From: an uncultured Collinsella sp.
Lineage (GTDB): Bacteria; Actinomycetota; Coriobacteriia; Coriobacteriales; Coriobacteriaceae
DNA: 64,000 bases
Direction: 5' to 3'
Assembly (NCBI GenBank): GCA_937950415.1
Contig: CALFDL010000227.1
Location: forward strand, 15,858-79,857
A program made the position numbers and the translations under genes. Of this stretch, positions 1 through 9,241 are shown in pieces (position 1 is the first letter of the stretch; the number at the start of each line of letters is the position of its first letter). The notes beneath the pieces are model-generated. The model did no database searches. It saw only the letters and a program-made list of their open reading frames with translations, and was not told the origin of the DNA.

Positions 1-206
1 ATGTCGGCCGCCTCCTCGATGAGATCGGCGTCCGTCCTCGGGAACTTGAAGTACAGGTTGGTGTTGGGCTCCCCCTCGGAAAGCTTGGAGCGGTCGGCGC
101 GGAGATTCACCAGGTTCCCCTCCCAGGAGCCGGATTCGTATTCCGCGCACTCGCGCTCAATATCTTCGTCCGTGATCGCAGATCCGTTTGCAAGCCTGTA
201 CTCCAT
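1..206 (-). CDS. Small RHH/CopG-like DNA-binding or antitoxin-like protein, running off the left edge
   Basis: Not in the ORF track. ATG at 206 follows an AGGAGAGG RBS and reads MEYRLANGSAITDEDIERECAEYESGSWEGNLVNLRADRSKLSEGEPNTNLYFKFPRTDADLIEEAAD..., open to base 1. The acidic N-terminus followed by a beta strand and helix is typical of RHH antitoxins. Confidence 0.6.
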   Translation of the reverse strand, partial: MEYRLANGSAITDEDIERECAEYESGSWEGNLVNLRADRSKLSEGEPNTNLYFKFPRTDADLIEEAAD

Positions 207-230
207 CAGCAACCTCTCCTTCTCGCGTTC

Positions 231-605
231 TCAATCTCCCTTAGCGTCTTCTTGCTCGGCGGAGCGAATAAGCTCCGCAAGACGCTCACGCGCCTCATGT
301 TCCTGACGCAAGATTTCATTCAGCTGAGCTTTTTTCACAGCAATTTCACTGTCAAGTCGTTCCAGCTCGGCTTTTGCATCTATGTAGTCCTTCAACCCCA
401 ACCCGCTCAGGATTCTTTCGCAGGCTTTTTCGGAATCGAGAAGAATCTCGACCTTACATCCCAGGGACGATTCCATGAACCGCTGCATGTCGGGATGCAG
501 TGTCTTTAGCTCTAGACGTGTCACGACATTCTTCGCCGAGAGGCGGCCGTCCTTGGTAACTGGTACCCAGGCAAAGTGCATGTGCGGACGGGAGCTGTTC
601 TTGTT
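231..605 (-). pseudogene. 5'-truncated Mob/Pre (MOB_V) relaxase fragment
   Basis: RPHMHFAWVPVTKDGRLSAK matches MOB_V motif III. An in-frame TGA at 606-608 lies just upstream, so the catalytic N-terminus is missing. Confidence 0.7.
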
Positions 606-757
606 TCAACTATGGGGAGGTTAAAAGCGATGCCACAAACGAATCGTGGATAAGGCTTTAGACCATTGGAGGTCGATAATGTCGTTTTAGCGGCCGTACT
701 TGTTTGTCTGGTGATATCGTAGTATTATTGTTTATATAAAGAAAGAGAGGAGGAATC

Positions 758-997
758 ATGATGGATATCGATAATTCGTTTGAAAAAACTCTTAATCCTT
801 GCCTTAAAGATGCGATTGCCGCCTATCTCGAAGGAGAAGAAAAAGCGAAAGCTAACATAGGGTATTTGGAATTCGACTGTGACTATTGCCTACTACAAAG
901 TGAAATTAACAGCGCTGAGATTGAGCGTTCGATTACTGAGGAACAGGCATGGTATCTTCGTAAGAAGTATTTAGGAATCAAGAGAACGGATATCTAA
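758..997 (+). CDS. Small acidic protein, probable cognate antitoxin or partner of the downstream kinase
   Basis: GAGGAGG RBS; its stop abuts the kinase ATG (TAAATG). Confidence 0.65.
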   Translation: MMDIDNSFEKTLNPCLKDAIAAYLEGEEKAKANIGYLEFDCDYCLLQSEINSAEIERSITEEQAWYLRKKYLGIKRTDI

Positions 998-2083
998 ATG
1001 ATTGATTTCACGGATGCTCCTAAGCTTAAGAAAGGCTATGGTGGAGCCAATGGAAATAAGATTTCTATTTTGTTAAACGGATCACGCTGGATGCTTAAGT
1101 TTCCTTCTATTTCGGAACGAAGCCCTGAGTTGCATTACACAAAAGGATGTATTTCTGAATATATTGGTTCACATATCTTTCAGTCAACTGGCATTAGCGC
1201 TCAAGATACTTTATTGGGTACGTATTTTATAAATGGTAGTGAAAAGACTGTCGTAGCATGTCGTGATTTTGTTGAACCTGGTTTTGAACTTCAAGATTTC
1301 GCTTCTCTGAAGAATCAAATGGTAGATTCTGCTAGAAGTGGATATGGAACAGAATTAAAGGATATTCTTGAGACCTTCAATGTACAGGATGTTATTGATC
1401 CGGAAGAACTTGAGAATCATTTTTGGAATATGTTTATTGTGGATTCTTTAATAGGAAACTGGGATAGACATAATGGAAATTGGGGATTTTTATACGATTC
1501 CACCCACGACGCGCTTAGTATTGCTCCCGTATATGATTGCGGAAGCAGTTTGTTCCCAGAAGCGGGCAAAGCTATGCAAAAAGATATTTTGCATAATAAA
1601 CAGGCTTTACATCGCCGTTTGTACAGTATTCCAACTTCTTCTATTAAGATTAACGGTAGACGTATAAATTATTTCAATTTTTTATCCTCGTTAGAAAACG
1701 ATGGATGTAACAGAGCTCTTGAGCGAATGCTACCGCGAATTGATATGTCCAAAATAAATAATATTATTTGGGACACTCCTGGAATTGATCAGGCGGAAAA
1801 GGAATTTTATACGGGAATAATTAAGGCTCGGAAAGAGGCTATTCTTGATTATTCTGCAGATTTGCTCAGTCGTGAGAAAGGAATAGTAATTCTTACAAAA
1901 GAATTTAAGAGGATGCCTGATCGGTCATTGGCTTCAAAAGATATTTCTTCAACTGAAGCTGCAAAGAAACTTGCTGAAGCAAAGAATTCCCGAGCTAGTA
2001 AAGATGAGACTCTTAATAAGTTGAATATAAAAGCAGTAGAAGATAGTCATTTAGATGATTCATCTGATACTTCTTGTTTATAA
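998..2083 (+). CDS. HipA/CtkA-family Ser/Thr kinase with the shared C-terminal tail
   Basis: YGGANGNK Gly loop, LKFP, SEYIG, NWDRHNGNWG and APVYDCGSSL motifs; tail DRSLASKDISSTEAAKKL. Confidence 0.85.
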   Translation: MIDFTDAPKLKKGYGGANGNKISILLNGSRWMLKFPSISERSPELHYTKGCISEYIGSHIFQSTGISAQDTLLGTYFINGSEKTVVACRDFVEPGFELQDFASLKNQMVDSARSGYGTELKDILETFNVQDVIDPEELENHFWNMFIVDSLIGNWDRHNGNWGFLYDSTHDALSIAPVYDCGSSLFPEAGKAMQKDILHNKQALHRRLYSIPTSSIKINGRRINYFNFLSSLENDGCNRALERMLPRIDMSKINNIIWDTPGIDQAEKEFYTGIIKARKEAILDYSADLLSREKGIVILTKEFKRMPDRSLASKDISSTEAAKKLAEAKNSRASKDETLNKLNIKAVEDSHLDDSSDTSCL

Positions 2084-2102
2084 ACGTATTGATAGTATCG
2101 CC

Positions 2103-2141
2103 AAAAACGGAGCTGTCCTGTTGAAGGATGGCTCCGTTTTT
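2103..2141. terminator. Bidirectional intrinsic terminator
   Basis: AAAAACGGAGCTGTCC / GGATGGCTCCGTTTTT inverted repeat between convergent genes. Confidence 0.8.
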
Positions 2142-2169
2142 GCTATCAAAACAAGCAGATTATTATCCT

Positions 2170-3390
2170 TTACTTTACCGAATGTTCTTTGCTCCAAGTC
2201 GCGCGACAGGAGTTGCTGCAGAAAGAACGTTCGCCGCCCTGGGTGCCGGAAAGTACCGTTCGCATACAGCGCTTGCAAGTCAGAAAATAATAACCGGGAT
2301 GGTTCCTGACGAGGAGCCACATGGCTTCCAATATATTGCTCGGTTTCCGTTCCGGAGCTATTTCTGCCATCTTTATGCCCGTATACGCAAGTTGAGGCTG
2401 GAAGAGTATCCCGTCAAATGCCTGAAGCAAGCGGTTTGCCAGTTGCATCTGGTTATTTATCGCCTCGCCGTCCGTGTTTGAGCTGACGACCATATACCGC
2501 CATTTATTTTCCTCGGAATGGCTTTCATGATTGTCCAATCTGTTCTTGACCCGTGATGCCTCTAACGGCGCAAGGAATTTCACGAATTCATTGCCGGGAC
2601 CTTTAAGATAGTTCTCAATCGCAGTTCGGCTAAAGGAATTCTTTTTATCGATAAGGCTGCCGTACAGCGGGCAGAATTGCAGAGCATCGAAGGAAATATC
2701 CTTGTCTGCTAAGTTTTCCATTCGATAGATCGGATTGAAAGCGATGGGGATTGCATAGCAGGTGTCCGTATCTATATCGAATCGTTTTTTCAGAACCATG
2801 GGATTCACTTGACGGAACCGTGCGGCTTCCAGAATAGTGTCGGGATCGGCGCCGGATCTGTATAATCCGCCGATGCGCATGAGGATCGAAAGCAGGTTTC
2901 TCGCAAAGATCCAGTCATGCAGCGGCTCGACGATTGCGCGAAACTGCGAGTCCAGATAGGACAGATCCCCGGCTTTGGTGAAGTCGAGTTCGTCGATAAG
3001 CTCTCGTGTCGCCTTCTTTCCCGTACGGCCGATTGCCCTATAGCCCATACCAGCTATCTCATCGGGGATTGCGTATGGGTCGAAATAGCATTCCGAAAGC
3101 AGGCTCTCTAGATCGGGTGGAATGAGATTAAACCCGCACTCAATATCTTGCTGGAGATGGCTAGGTATAAAAGTGCGACGTGAGAGGATGTCTGCTGAAA
3201 TGTACATGGGTCCGAGATCGTGTGCAGCCAGGACAAGCGATTTTGCATCCCTTGCCATCATGAGTTTATTGAAATCGTCAGGGTCAATCGGAAGATAGTC
3301 TTTCCCTATGTCATCGACAGACAAGATTCTGACGAGAACATGCATACCCGACTTTCCGTCCCTCGCGATATAGATTTGATTGGTGCGCAT
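2170..3390 (-). CDS. Hypothetical protein with a C-terminal CGNR-like zinc finger
   Basis: Ends in CKRC...FCSNSCR. Start at ATG 3390 after an AGAGGG RBS (the ORF track starts at 3444). Distant paralog of 6001..7206. Confidence 0.7.
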   Translation of the reverse strand: MRTNQIYIARDGKSGMHVLVRILSVDDIGKDYLPIDPDDFNKLMMARDAKSLVLAAHDLGPMYISADILSRRTFIPSHLQQDIECGFNLIPPDLESLLSECYFDPYAIPDEIAGMGYRAIGRTGKKATRELIDELDFTKAGDLSYLDSQFRAIVEPLHDWIFARNLLSILMRIGGLYRSGADPDTILEAARFRQVNPMVLKKRFDIDTDTCYAIPIAFNPIYRMENLADKDISFDALQFCPLYGSLIDKKNSFSRTAIENYLKGPGNEFVKFLAPLEASRVKNRLDNHESHSEENKWRYMVVSSNTDGEAINNQMQLANRLLQAFDGILFQPQLAYTGIKMAEIAPERKPSNILEAMWLLVRNHPGYYFLTCKRCMRTVLSGTQGGERSFCSNSCRATWSKEHSVK

Positions 3391-3456
3391 ATAATTCCCT
3401 CTTTTACTAACGAAACTAGCATGCATCAGTTGAAAGGCCGTCACGGTCTGATCGTA

Positions 3457-4389
3457 TCACGCGTTCTCAGCTTGGCGGTATACGCGCAGCTCCCATTGTT
3501 TGCGCTCGACTTTTGCCACGGCATCCAGAATGAATCCAGTAGCCAGAGAGAGGGTAGCAATAAACATGAGCGCCACGGCTAAGATGGCTGTCGGGAGCCT
3601 GGGCACGAGGCCGGTGGCAAGGTACTCACTTACTACCGGCATGCCGGCACATAGGCCTCCAATGCAGAATGCCAAAGCGACCAGCGAGAAGAACTTTAAC
3701 GGGCGGTAGTCCTTGAACAGCGTGCCGATCATGGCAATTACTTTCAGCCCATCCCTTACGGTATTCAATTTGGAGACCGAGCCATTGGGGCGATCACGGT
3801 ATTTCACGGGGATATTCACGATACGCCAGCGCCGGTCGACGGCATGGATCGATAATTCGGTCTCAATCTGGAAACCCTCGGACAGGACAGGGAAGGTCTT
3901 GACGAATGGCCTGGACATGGCACGGTAACCGGTCATGACATCCTCGAAACCGTAACCGTATATCCATTTGATCATGGCACGAACGAGGTCGTTGCCGAAA
4001 CCGTGGAAGGTACGTCCGTTCTGCTTCGCATAGGTTCCGTTCGATAGGCGGTCGCCCACGACCATATCGGCCTCGCCCGCGAGAACGGGGGCACAAAGTG
4101 CCCACGCCGATTCCGCTGGGTAGGTATCGTCGCCATCAACCATGAGATAGCAGTCGGCATCGATATCGCGAAACATCTGTCTGCAGACGTTTCCCTTGCC
4201 TTGGCGGGGTTCGAGTCTGACGACAGCGCCTCGCGAGCGGGCGATGGCGGCGGTGCCGTCGGTCGAGTTGTTGTCGTAAACGTAGACAGACGCCTCGGGT
4301 AGCTCGCGGCGGAAGTCATCGATTACCTTGCCGATGGTAAGAGCCTCGTTATAGCAGGGAATGATGACGGCAATCTTATCTCGACTCAA
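3457..4389 (-). CDS. Glycosyltransferase family 2 (DPM1/GtrB-like) with two C-terminal TM helices
   Basis: IAVIIPCYNE, VYDNNSTDGT, VDGDDTY, DVMTGYR and GFQIETE motifs. TTG start at 4389 after an AAGGAAG RBS. Confidence 0.9.
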   Translation of the reverse strand: MSRDKIAVIIPCYNEALTIGKVIDDFRRELPEASVYVYDNNSTDGTAAIARSRGAVVRLEPRQGKGNVCRQMFRDIDADCYLMVDGDDTYPAESAWALCAPVLAGEADMVVGDRLSNGTYAKQNGRTFHGFGNDLVRAMIKWIYGYGFEDVMTGYRAMSRPFVKTFPVLSEGFQIETELSIHAVDRRWRIVNIPVKYRDRPNGSVSKLNTVRDGLKVIAMIGTLFKDYRPLKFFSLVALAFCIGGLCAGMPVVSEYLATGLVPRLPTAILAVALMFIATLSLATGFILDAVAKVERKQWELRVYRQAENA

Positions 4390-4522
4390 TGCGGACTTCC
4401 TTTCATTACAAACCTTATTAAAAGGCTGACGTTGTAAGTGTGACAACGCAATTATGCGATATCGCATTACCTATTATGCTATCATAGTATCATCCAACCA
4501 CCTCAAATAGAAAGACTCCATC

Positions 4523-4911
4523 ATGCAAGTTCTAACTTCCGTGTTCTGCCGCGAGCTTTTCACGTCACTCGGTTTCGCTTACGACGATATACGCCACTGC
4601 GATCTCGATGCCCTCCAGGGCTATATCGCCATCGAGTGCGCCAGGTCTCACCGCGCCGGGATGACCCCGCACTTCATGACGCCACGTCGGAAGTCTGACA
4701 GTCTGTGCTGCAAAATGAAGCCGGAAGGCGGTCTTGAGAAGGCATATATCAAGATCGACTGTCTTGACCAGTGAACGGTCGCGAGGCGATAAGCTTCAAC
4801 TCTGACGGCTTCATCGGCTTCTGTGGATGGGCCGACACACAGAACAGCCAACCGTTCCTCAATGCTTTTCGGCGTTGGCTGACTGAATACATGTTAGAAC
4901 GTTCGCGCTGA
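4523..4911 (+). pseudogene. Frameshifted hypothetical gene
   Basis: The ORF stops at 4774, but the -1 frame continues NGREAISFNSDGFIGFCGWAD...ERSR* to 4911. This fits loss of one G from CAG-TGG-AAC. Confidence 0.6.
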
Positions 4912-4988
4912 TTTCAAATGTCTTATTATGGTGTCGTAGTATTGCGATACAATAGATTTCGACGATAAATAAAACCTGGCTGATAGGA

Positions 4989-5450
4989 GTGGCTATGGGC
5001 AAAAGGAAAGTGACCGATAAGGACATCCGTTCGATTGAGTTTGCAATTGATAGTGTGTTTCCCGGTGCATCGGGAGAAGCTGCTAAGCAAGCTTTCCATG
5101 TTTTGGTTGAACGGGCCGAAGAGACCGGGAAGCTCCAAAACGATCTGGACTCTCTGCGCCACGAGTTCAACACGCTTGAAGGCGAATATAAAAAGATATC
5201 CCGCCGCTTCAAAAATTTCCGTAGGCTCTGCCACGCGATGGCGCGTAGGGAGATTGTCGATGCGGACGGGAAGCCGATTATGTTCGGCGACATTCTGTAT
5301 GGTGAGGACGGGCGTGCATGGACTGTTCTCGGACCGTATACCAAACGTTGGCTTTTTGTCAGCGGTGTGAATCTCGATGGCGAACCGGTCAAACAGCCTG
5401 TCATGGCTAAATGGATGACTCGTGTACCTCGCAAAGCAGAAGAGAAGTAG
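4989..5450 (+). CDS. Hypothetical protein with a central coiled coil
   Basis: AGGAG RBS; downstream terminator at about 5475-5505. Confidence 0.65.
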   Translation: MAMGKRKVTDKDIRSIEFAIDSVFPGASGEAAKQAFHVLVERAEETGKLQNDLDSLRHEFNTLEGEYKKISRRFKNFRRLCHAMARREIVDADGKPIMFGDILYGEDGRAWTVLGPYTKRWLFVSGVNLDGEPVKQPVMAKWMTRVPRKAEEK

Positions 5451-5556
5451 TGCGATCTCAAGCTGATAGGTCTAAAGAGTCGTCTTTTCCGGGCGACTCT
5501 TTTTTAAGCTCGATAACCGATGAGCTGTAGACTGGTTAAAGGGGAAGGTCAACTAA

Positions 5557-5994
5557 ATGGCAAAGCTAATCGTCGGTCAAAATGACCTGGCGACAGTCAA
5601 TCCGGATTTGGCAGCGGAGTGGCATCCGACGAAGAATAACTGCCTTCGACCGACGCAGGTGACTGCCGGATCTAACCGAAAGGTCTGGTGGAAAGGAACA
5701 TGCGGACATGAGTGGGAGGCGGTAATCGGAAATAGGAGCAGGGGAATTGGATGTCCCCATTGTTCAAAGAGACATGTCGTCGAAGGCGTTAACGACCTCG
5801 TCACGGTGAATCCAAGTCTGGCCGCCGAATGGCATCCCACGAAGAACGGTAGGCTTCGCCCGATGCAGATTGCCGGAAAATCCAATAAGAAGGCGTGGTG
5901 GCTGGGAAAGTGCGGGCATGAGTGGGAGGCTGCCATATATTCAAGGGCGGTAGGGAAAGGCTGTCCCTATTGCTATGGCAAAAAGGAAAGGTAG
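5557..5994 (+). CDS. Zinc-ribbon repeat protein (DUF4379-like, two repeats)
   Basis: Two copies of NDLxTVNPxLAAEWHPTKN...WW..C.HEWEA.I..R..G.GCPxC. Confidence 0.85.
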   Translation: MAKLIVGQNDLATVNPDLAAEWHPTKNNCLRPTQVTAGSNRKVWWKGTCGHEWEAVIGNRSRGIGCPHCSKRHVVEGVNDLVTVNPSLAAEWHPTKNGRLRPMQIAGKSNKKAWWLGKCGHEWEAAIYSRAVGKGCPYCYGKKER

Positions 5995-6000
5995 TGCAAA

Positions 6001-7206
6001 ATGGAAAAAGCGGCGATCGGTACCAATGATCTTGGGATGCATATTGTCATCAGGCCTATTTCAAAAGATCTTCTCTCGAAAGACGAAATCGTTGGAATGG
6101 AAACCGGAAAGATCAACTCCCTCTTGACGGCGCGGAGGCCGATAACTCTCATTGACGCTATTTCCGCGCTTCCACCACTATTACCTCCATCGGCTGATCC
6201 CATAACTGGCAGGCGGTTATACAGTATCGAAGAAATAATGTCCGGTTCATGTGGTATACACTTTGGACCGTCCGTTCCTGAATTGCTCAGATATGAGACT
6301 GAGTTGAGTGTGAACACGGTCTTTGAATCAAGCATAGCTTCGGCACGAAGTGCAGCCAAGCAAATCCCCTGCAATGGTCAATGGCTCACGGACGTACTCG
6401 GTAACGCGGATCCAGATTCTACTATGGTCGCGGTGGAGACTCTTGCCGATTGGAGCATGGCGCGTTCTGTCATCTTCTTGGTTGCCAAGCTGCTCAGTTT
6501 TCTTGCTGCCGGTTCCGATTCACCGATGGAGGACACGGGTTTCGCTCGCTGCTATGTTGAGTGTCTTAATAAAACTCTCTGGTGTATTCCATTTGCATTT
6601 AATCCTTTTTTTTCATCGGGGAAAAGAGGCTGCAGGCTGTTAGCGGATAAGTTGACGGACTATCGTTCCTATCAGCAGCTAGTCGGGATTTTGACTCATC
6701 GGGAAAAGATCGGTGATTTTGGAACCGAAGATATCTATGCCGAGGTATTCGGATCCACCTCTTATGACGAGAGCGAATCGGCCTTTATCCTTACATCGTC
6801 TGTTTCTTCCGAGAAATATAGAGGTCTATTCGATGGGTGGAACGACAAAGCAGAAAGGAACTATTTGCTTTGTACGCAAGTTGGCTGTTCGCAACGAAGC
6901 GATGCGGAAAATATCATAAATGCGTTGATCGGCTCCGTTTCGAACCTTGCTGTTTCATACGGTCAGATAAGCCTAGGGTGGGAAACCGACACGTCTGCAC
7001 GATTTTCCGATCGCCCGGTGCCGAGCGTGAAGCGCAATTCCCTGTTCGCAGAATTGCTATATCGGATTGTCTACAGGGACTCTTTGAACATCGGTATTTG
7101 TCGGAATTGCGGGGCACCGTTCCTTAAAAGTGGAATCGGATCCTTGAACGATGTCTGCTCGCAAGCGTGCCGAATGGCTCAACGCCGTAGAAAAGGATTG
7201 GCATAG
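6001..7206 (+). CDS. Hypothetical protein with a C-terminal CGNR-like zinc finger
   Basis: Ends in CRNC...VCSQACR. Shares DWxxAR and IPxAFNP with 2170..3390. Confidence 0.7.
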   Translation: MEKAAIGTNDLGMHIVIRPISKDLLSKDEIVGMETGKINSLLTARRPITLIDAISALPPLLPPSADPITGRRLYSIEEIMSGSCGIHFGPSVPELLRYETELSVNTVFESSIASARSAAKQIPCNGQWLTDVLGNADPDSTMVAVETLADWSMARSVIFLVAKLLSFLAAGSDSPMEDTGFARCYVECLNKTLWCIPFAFNPFFSSGKRGCRLLADKLTDYRSYQQLVGILTHREKIGDFGTEDIYAEVFGSTSYDESESAFILTSSVSSEKYRGLFDGWNDKAERNYLLCTQVGCSQRSDAENIINALIGSVSNLAVSYGQISLGWETDTSARFSDRPVPSVKRNSLFAELLYRIVYRDSLNIGICRNCGAPFLKSGIGSLNDVCSQACRMAQRRRKGLA

Positions 7207-7329
7207 GAATTGAGACTGCAGATATCGTTTCTGGGTTATCACGGAAGACAATGATTGGTTTTGCAAGAAAGTTTTTAGGAATTTTCAGAACTGCCTGATA
7301 GAAATACCGACAGCAGTTATACTGAAAGT

Positions 7330-7424
7330 GACGCGGGGGCACCTAACGGCATGCCAGTGCCGACACCCTACGTGGACAGATTCTTTGTTTGATCAAAGCC
7401 GTCCTGCCAGGGGCGGCTTCGATC
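7330..7424 (+). ncRNA. Putative type I antitoxin RNA, convergent with the toxin mRNA
   Basis: CTGATA-N17-TATACT promoter at 7295-7323 and a GC hairpin at 7391-7424; antisense to the 3' UTR of the toxin mRNA. Ends are approximate. Confidence 0.5.
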
Positions 7425-7443
7425 GTTAAAATAAGGTTTTAGT

Positions 7444-7509
7444 CTAGCCTAAAATAGCCAGAATGGTAACCAAAAGAAGAGTGACGATCATAAGTCGAAA
7501 CTCAGCCAT
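7444..7509 (-). CDS. Putative type I toxin, 21-aa hydrophobic peptide MAEFRLMIVTLLLVTILAILG
   Basis: Strong GGAGGT RBS and its own promoter. The 5' and 3' mRNA ends are complementary (7546-7557 with 7332-7342). Confidence 0.7.
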   Translation of the reverse strand: MAEFRLMIVTLLLVTILAILG

Positions 7510-7566
7510 AGCGACCACCTCCCCGAAAAATCGGGTAGGGTTTCAGTGCGCCCCGCGCCTTTGCTG

Positions 7567-7595
7567 ATTGTATCAGTTATCATTTCGTCCTGCAA
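7567..7595 (-). promoter_or_regulatory. Sigma-70 promoter of the toxin mRNA
   Basis: TTGCAG-N17-TACAAT with an extended TG. Confidence 0.65.
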
Positions 7596-7713
7596 AAAAG
7601 ACCCCGGATTAAACTCCGAGGTCTTTCTTTTTACCGGTAAATTCTCACAGCTAATGCCGTAGTACTATGGTACAATCTATTTACCGAATGTAAGAGGAGA
7701 GAAACGATGCACA

Positions 7714-8967
7714 TTACTCCCAGTGGCCGGCGACGTCGACAACCCAATGCTGTCCCGTAGCCTGCTGTTCATAATGTCCCTGGTCCTCAGAGGTGGTATA
7801 CGAATCATCTACAACGGATCCACCGATACCGCCGTTTTCGCCATCGTTAATAATCCAAGCGTAGGCGGCATCGGATGAATCGAAGGGCCCTACCATAGTA
7901 CCACCATGATTGACCCAGAAACGAGGATGACGCGTGTATACCACGTTCGGTACCCAGACCTGGCTGTAGTCGGTTTCCCAGTGGCCCTGCTCGGCAACCC
8001 ATTTCTTCTGGCTACCGCTGTTGGAAGAGGAATTATTGCTGCCGGAACCCTGTGAATTGCCGGAATTCTGCTTCGAGTCGGAGGAGTTTCCCTTGCTGTC
8101 AGACTTCGACGAGTCGGAAGACTTGTTATCCTCTTTCTTGGAGTCATCGGACTTCTGGTCCTTGTCGTCGGATTCTTTCTTCTCCTCGGACTTGGCTCCA
8201 GTCGAGATAGGGGTTCCGTCCGGTTTCTTCACGGTGCCGGCATTCTGGTCATAGCCCTGGTCGTGCACGCCATCGGTGGACCAGATGTCATCGGCGATCA
8301 CATGTCCGCCGGACCCATTGATGATGTCGGCTGTTGATCCGCCCGTCGGCGCCTTCGTGACATCGTATGAGACGGCGACCTTGATATTGCCGTCCTTGTC
8401 GGTGGCGATCCACGTCACGTCGACGGCGCTGACACCCTTGACCTTCTTTCCGTTAAGTACGGCTGCGAGCGCTGCGGAGCGGCGGGCAGTCGAATCGACC
8501 ATCTTGACGGCGTCGTCCTCGGAAGCCTGAGTCACGAGGATGCGACCGCTCTTGGCATCGATTCGTACCTGGTCAGAAGCGATTGACAGGTCGGCGTCGT
8601 CCAGCTTGAGCGTCGCACATAGCTTTGCGACATCGGAAGTCGACAGGTTGTCCGTCTTTTCCTCGGAGTTGTCCTTGACCGGTGTGACGGTTTGCTCCTG
8701 CTCGGTCGGCTGTGTGTTCGCTGTCTTATGGGAGCTCAGCGCGAATGCGCCGATACCGAGACCGGCTATGAGTACGACGCCTGCGGCGATCGCGATGATC
8801 TTCTTGTGCTTGTCTCGGTCATCGGTCGGTGTATCTCCATACACCGGAAGTTCCTCGGTGAGGCCGGCATCGTTCTCGCCCTCGGCGGCGATGGGATCTG
8901 TCGGTTTTATATCGCCGCTGTCGTAAACGGGCGGCTCGTTGTTCATGTTCATATCATTCATTTGCAT
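7714..8967 (-). CDS. Single-pass membrane-anchored surface protein with a Ser/Lys/Asp low-complexity linker
   Basis: AAGGAGG RBS before ATG 8967; TM segment IIAIAAGVVLIAGLGIGAFAL; C-terminal GHWE-flanked module. Confidence 0.75.
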   Translation of the reverse strand: MQMNDMNMNNEPPVYDSGDIKPTDPIAAEGENDAGLTEELPVYGDTPTDDRDKHKKIIAIAAGVVLIAGLGIGAFALSSHKTANTQPTEQEQTVTPVKDNSEEKTDNLSTSDVAKLCATLKLDDADLSIASDQVRIDAKSGRILVTQASEDDAVKMVDSTARRSAALAAVLNGKKVKGVSAVDVTWIATDKDGNIKVAVSYDVTKAPTGGSTADIINGSGGHVIADDIWSTDGVHDQGYDQNAGTVKKPDGTPISTGAKSEEKKESDDKDQKSDDSKKEDNKSSDSSKSDSKGNSSDSKQNSGNSQGSGSNNSSSNSGSQKKWVAEQGHWETDYSQVWVPNVVYTRHPRFWVNHGGTMVGPFDSSDAAYAWIINDGENGGIGGSVVDDSYTTSEDQGHYEQQATGQHWVVDVAGHWE

Positions 8968-8974
8968 ATCCTCC

Positions 8975-9157
8975 TTATGCTGTCTTTGGTGCTTCATCCT
9001 GGACAGATGAATTCGGGAGCGGTGCGATCTGGACGATCGGTTTGCTTCCCTTCAGGACGACGACCGGTTTTCCAGTCGTCGCCACGTCTTTTGCGATGCG
9101 GGAGAAGTCCCGTTTGACTTGTGAGATTCCAAGCATCGATGGAATATCGCTGTCCAT
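8975..9157 (-). CDS. Phd/YefM-family antitoxin (no adjacent toxin)
   Basis: GISQVKRDFSRIAKDVATTGKPVVVLKGSKPIVQI fits the Phd pattern. Confidence 0.8.
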   Translation of the reverse strand: MDSDIPSMLGISQVKRDFSRIAKDVATTGKPVVVLKGSKPIVQIAPLPNSSVQDEAPKTA

Positions 9158-9241
9158 TGTATCGCCTTCTAAAACTGAACCCGTACCTATATCTACAGTT
9201 CTTATACCACAATAGCGCTGTTTTTAACGCTATTTTTGGAG

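Noticed and set aside
231..720. Functional relaxase or oriT
   Set aside because: The mob gene is truncated by an upstream in-frame stop, and I could not recognise a nic site.
7426..7445. GTTAAAATAAGG resembles the SpCas9 tracrRNA nexus
   Set aside because: Only about 12 nt match, there are no cas genes or repeats, and the region is better explained as a type I TA locus.
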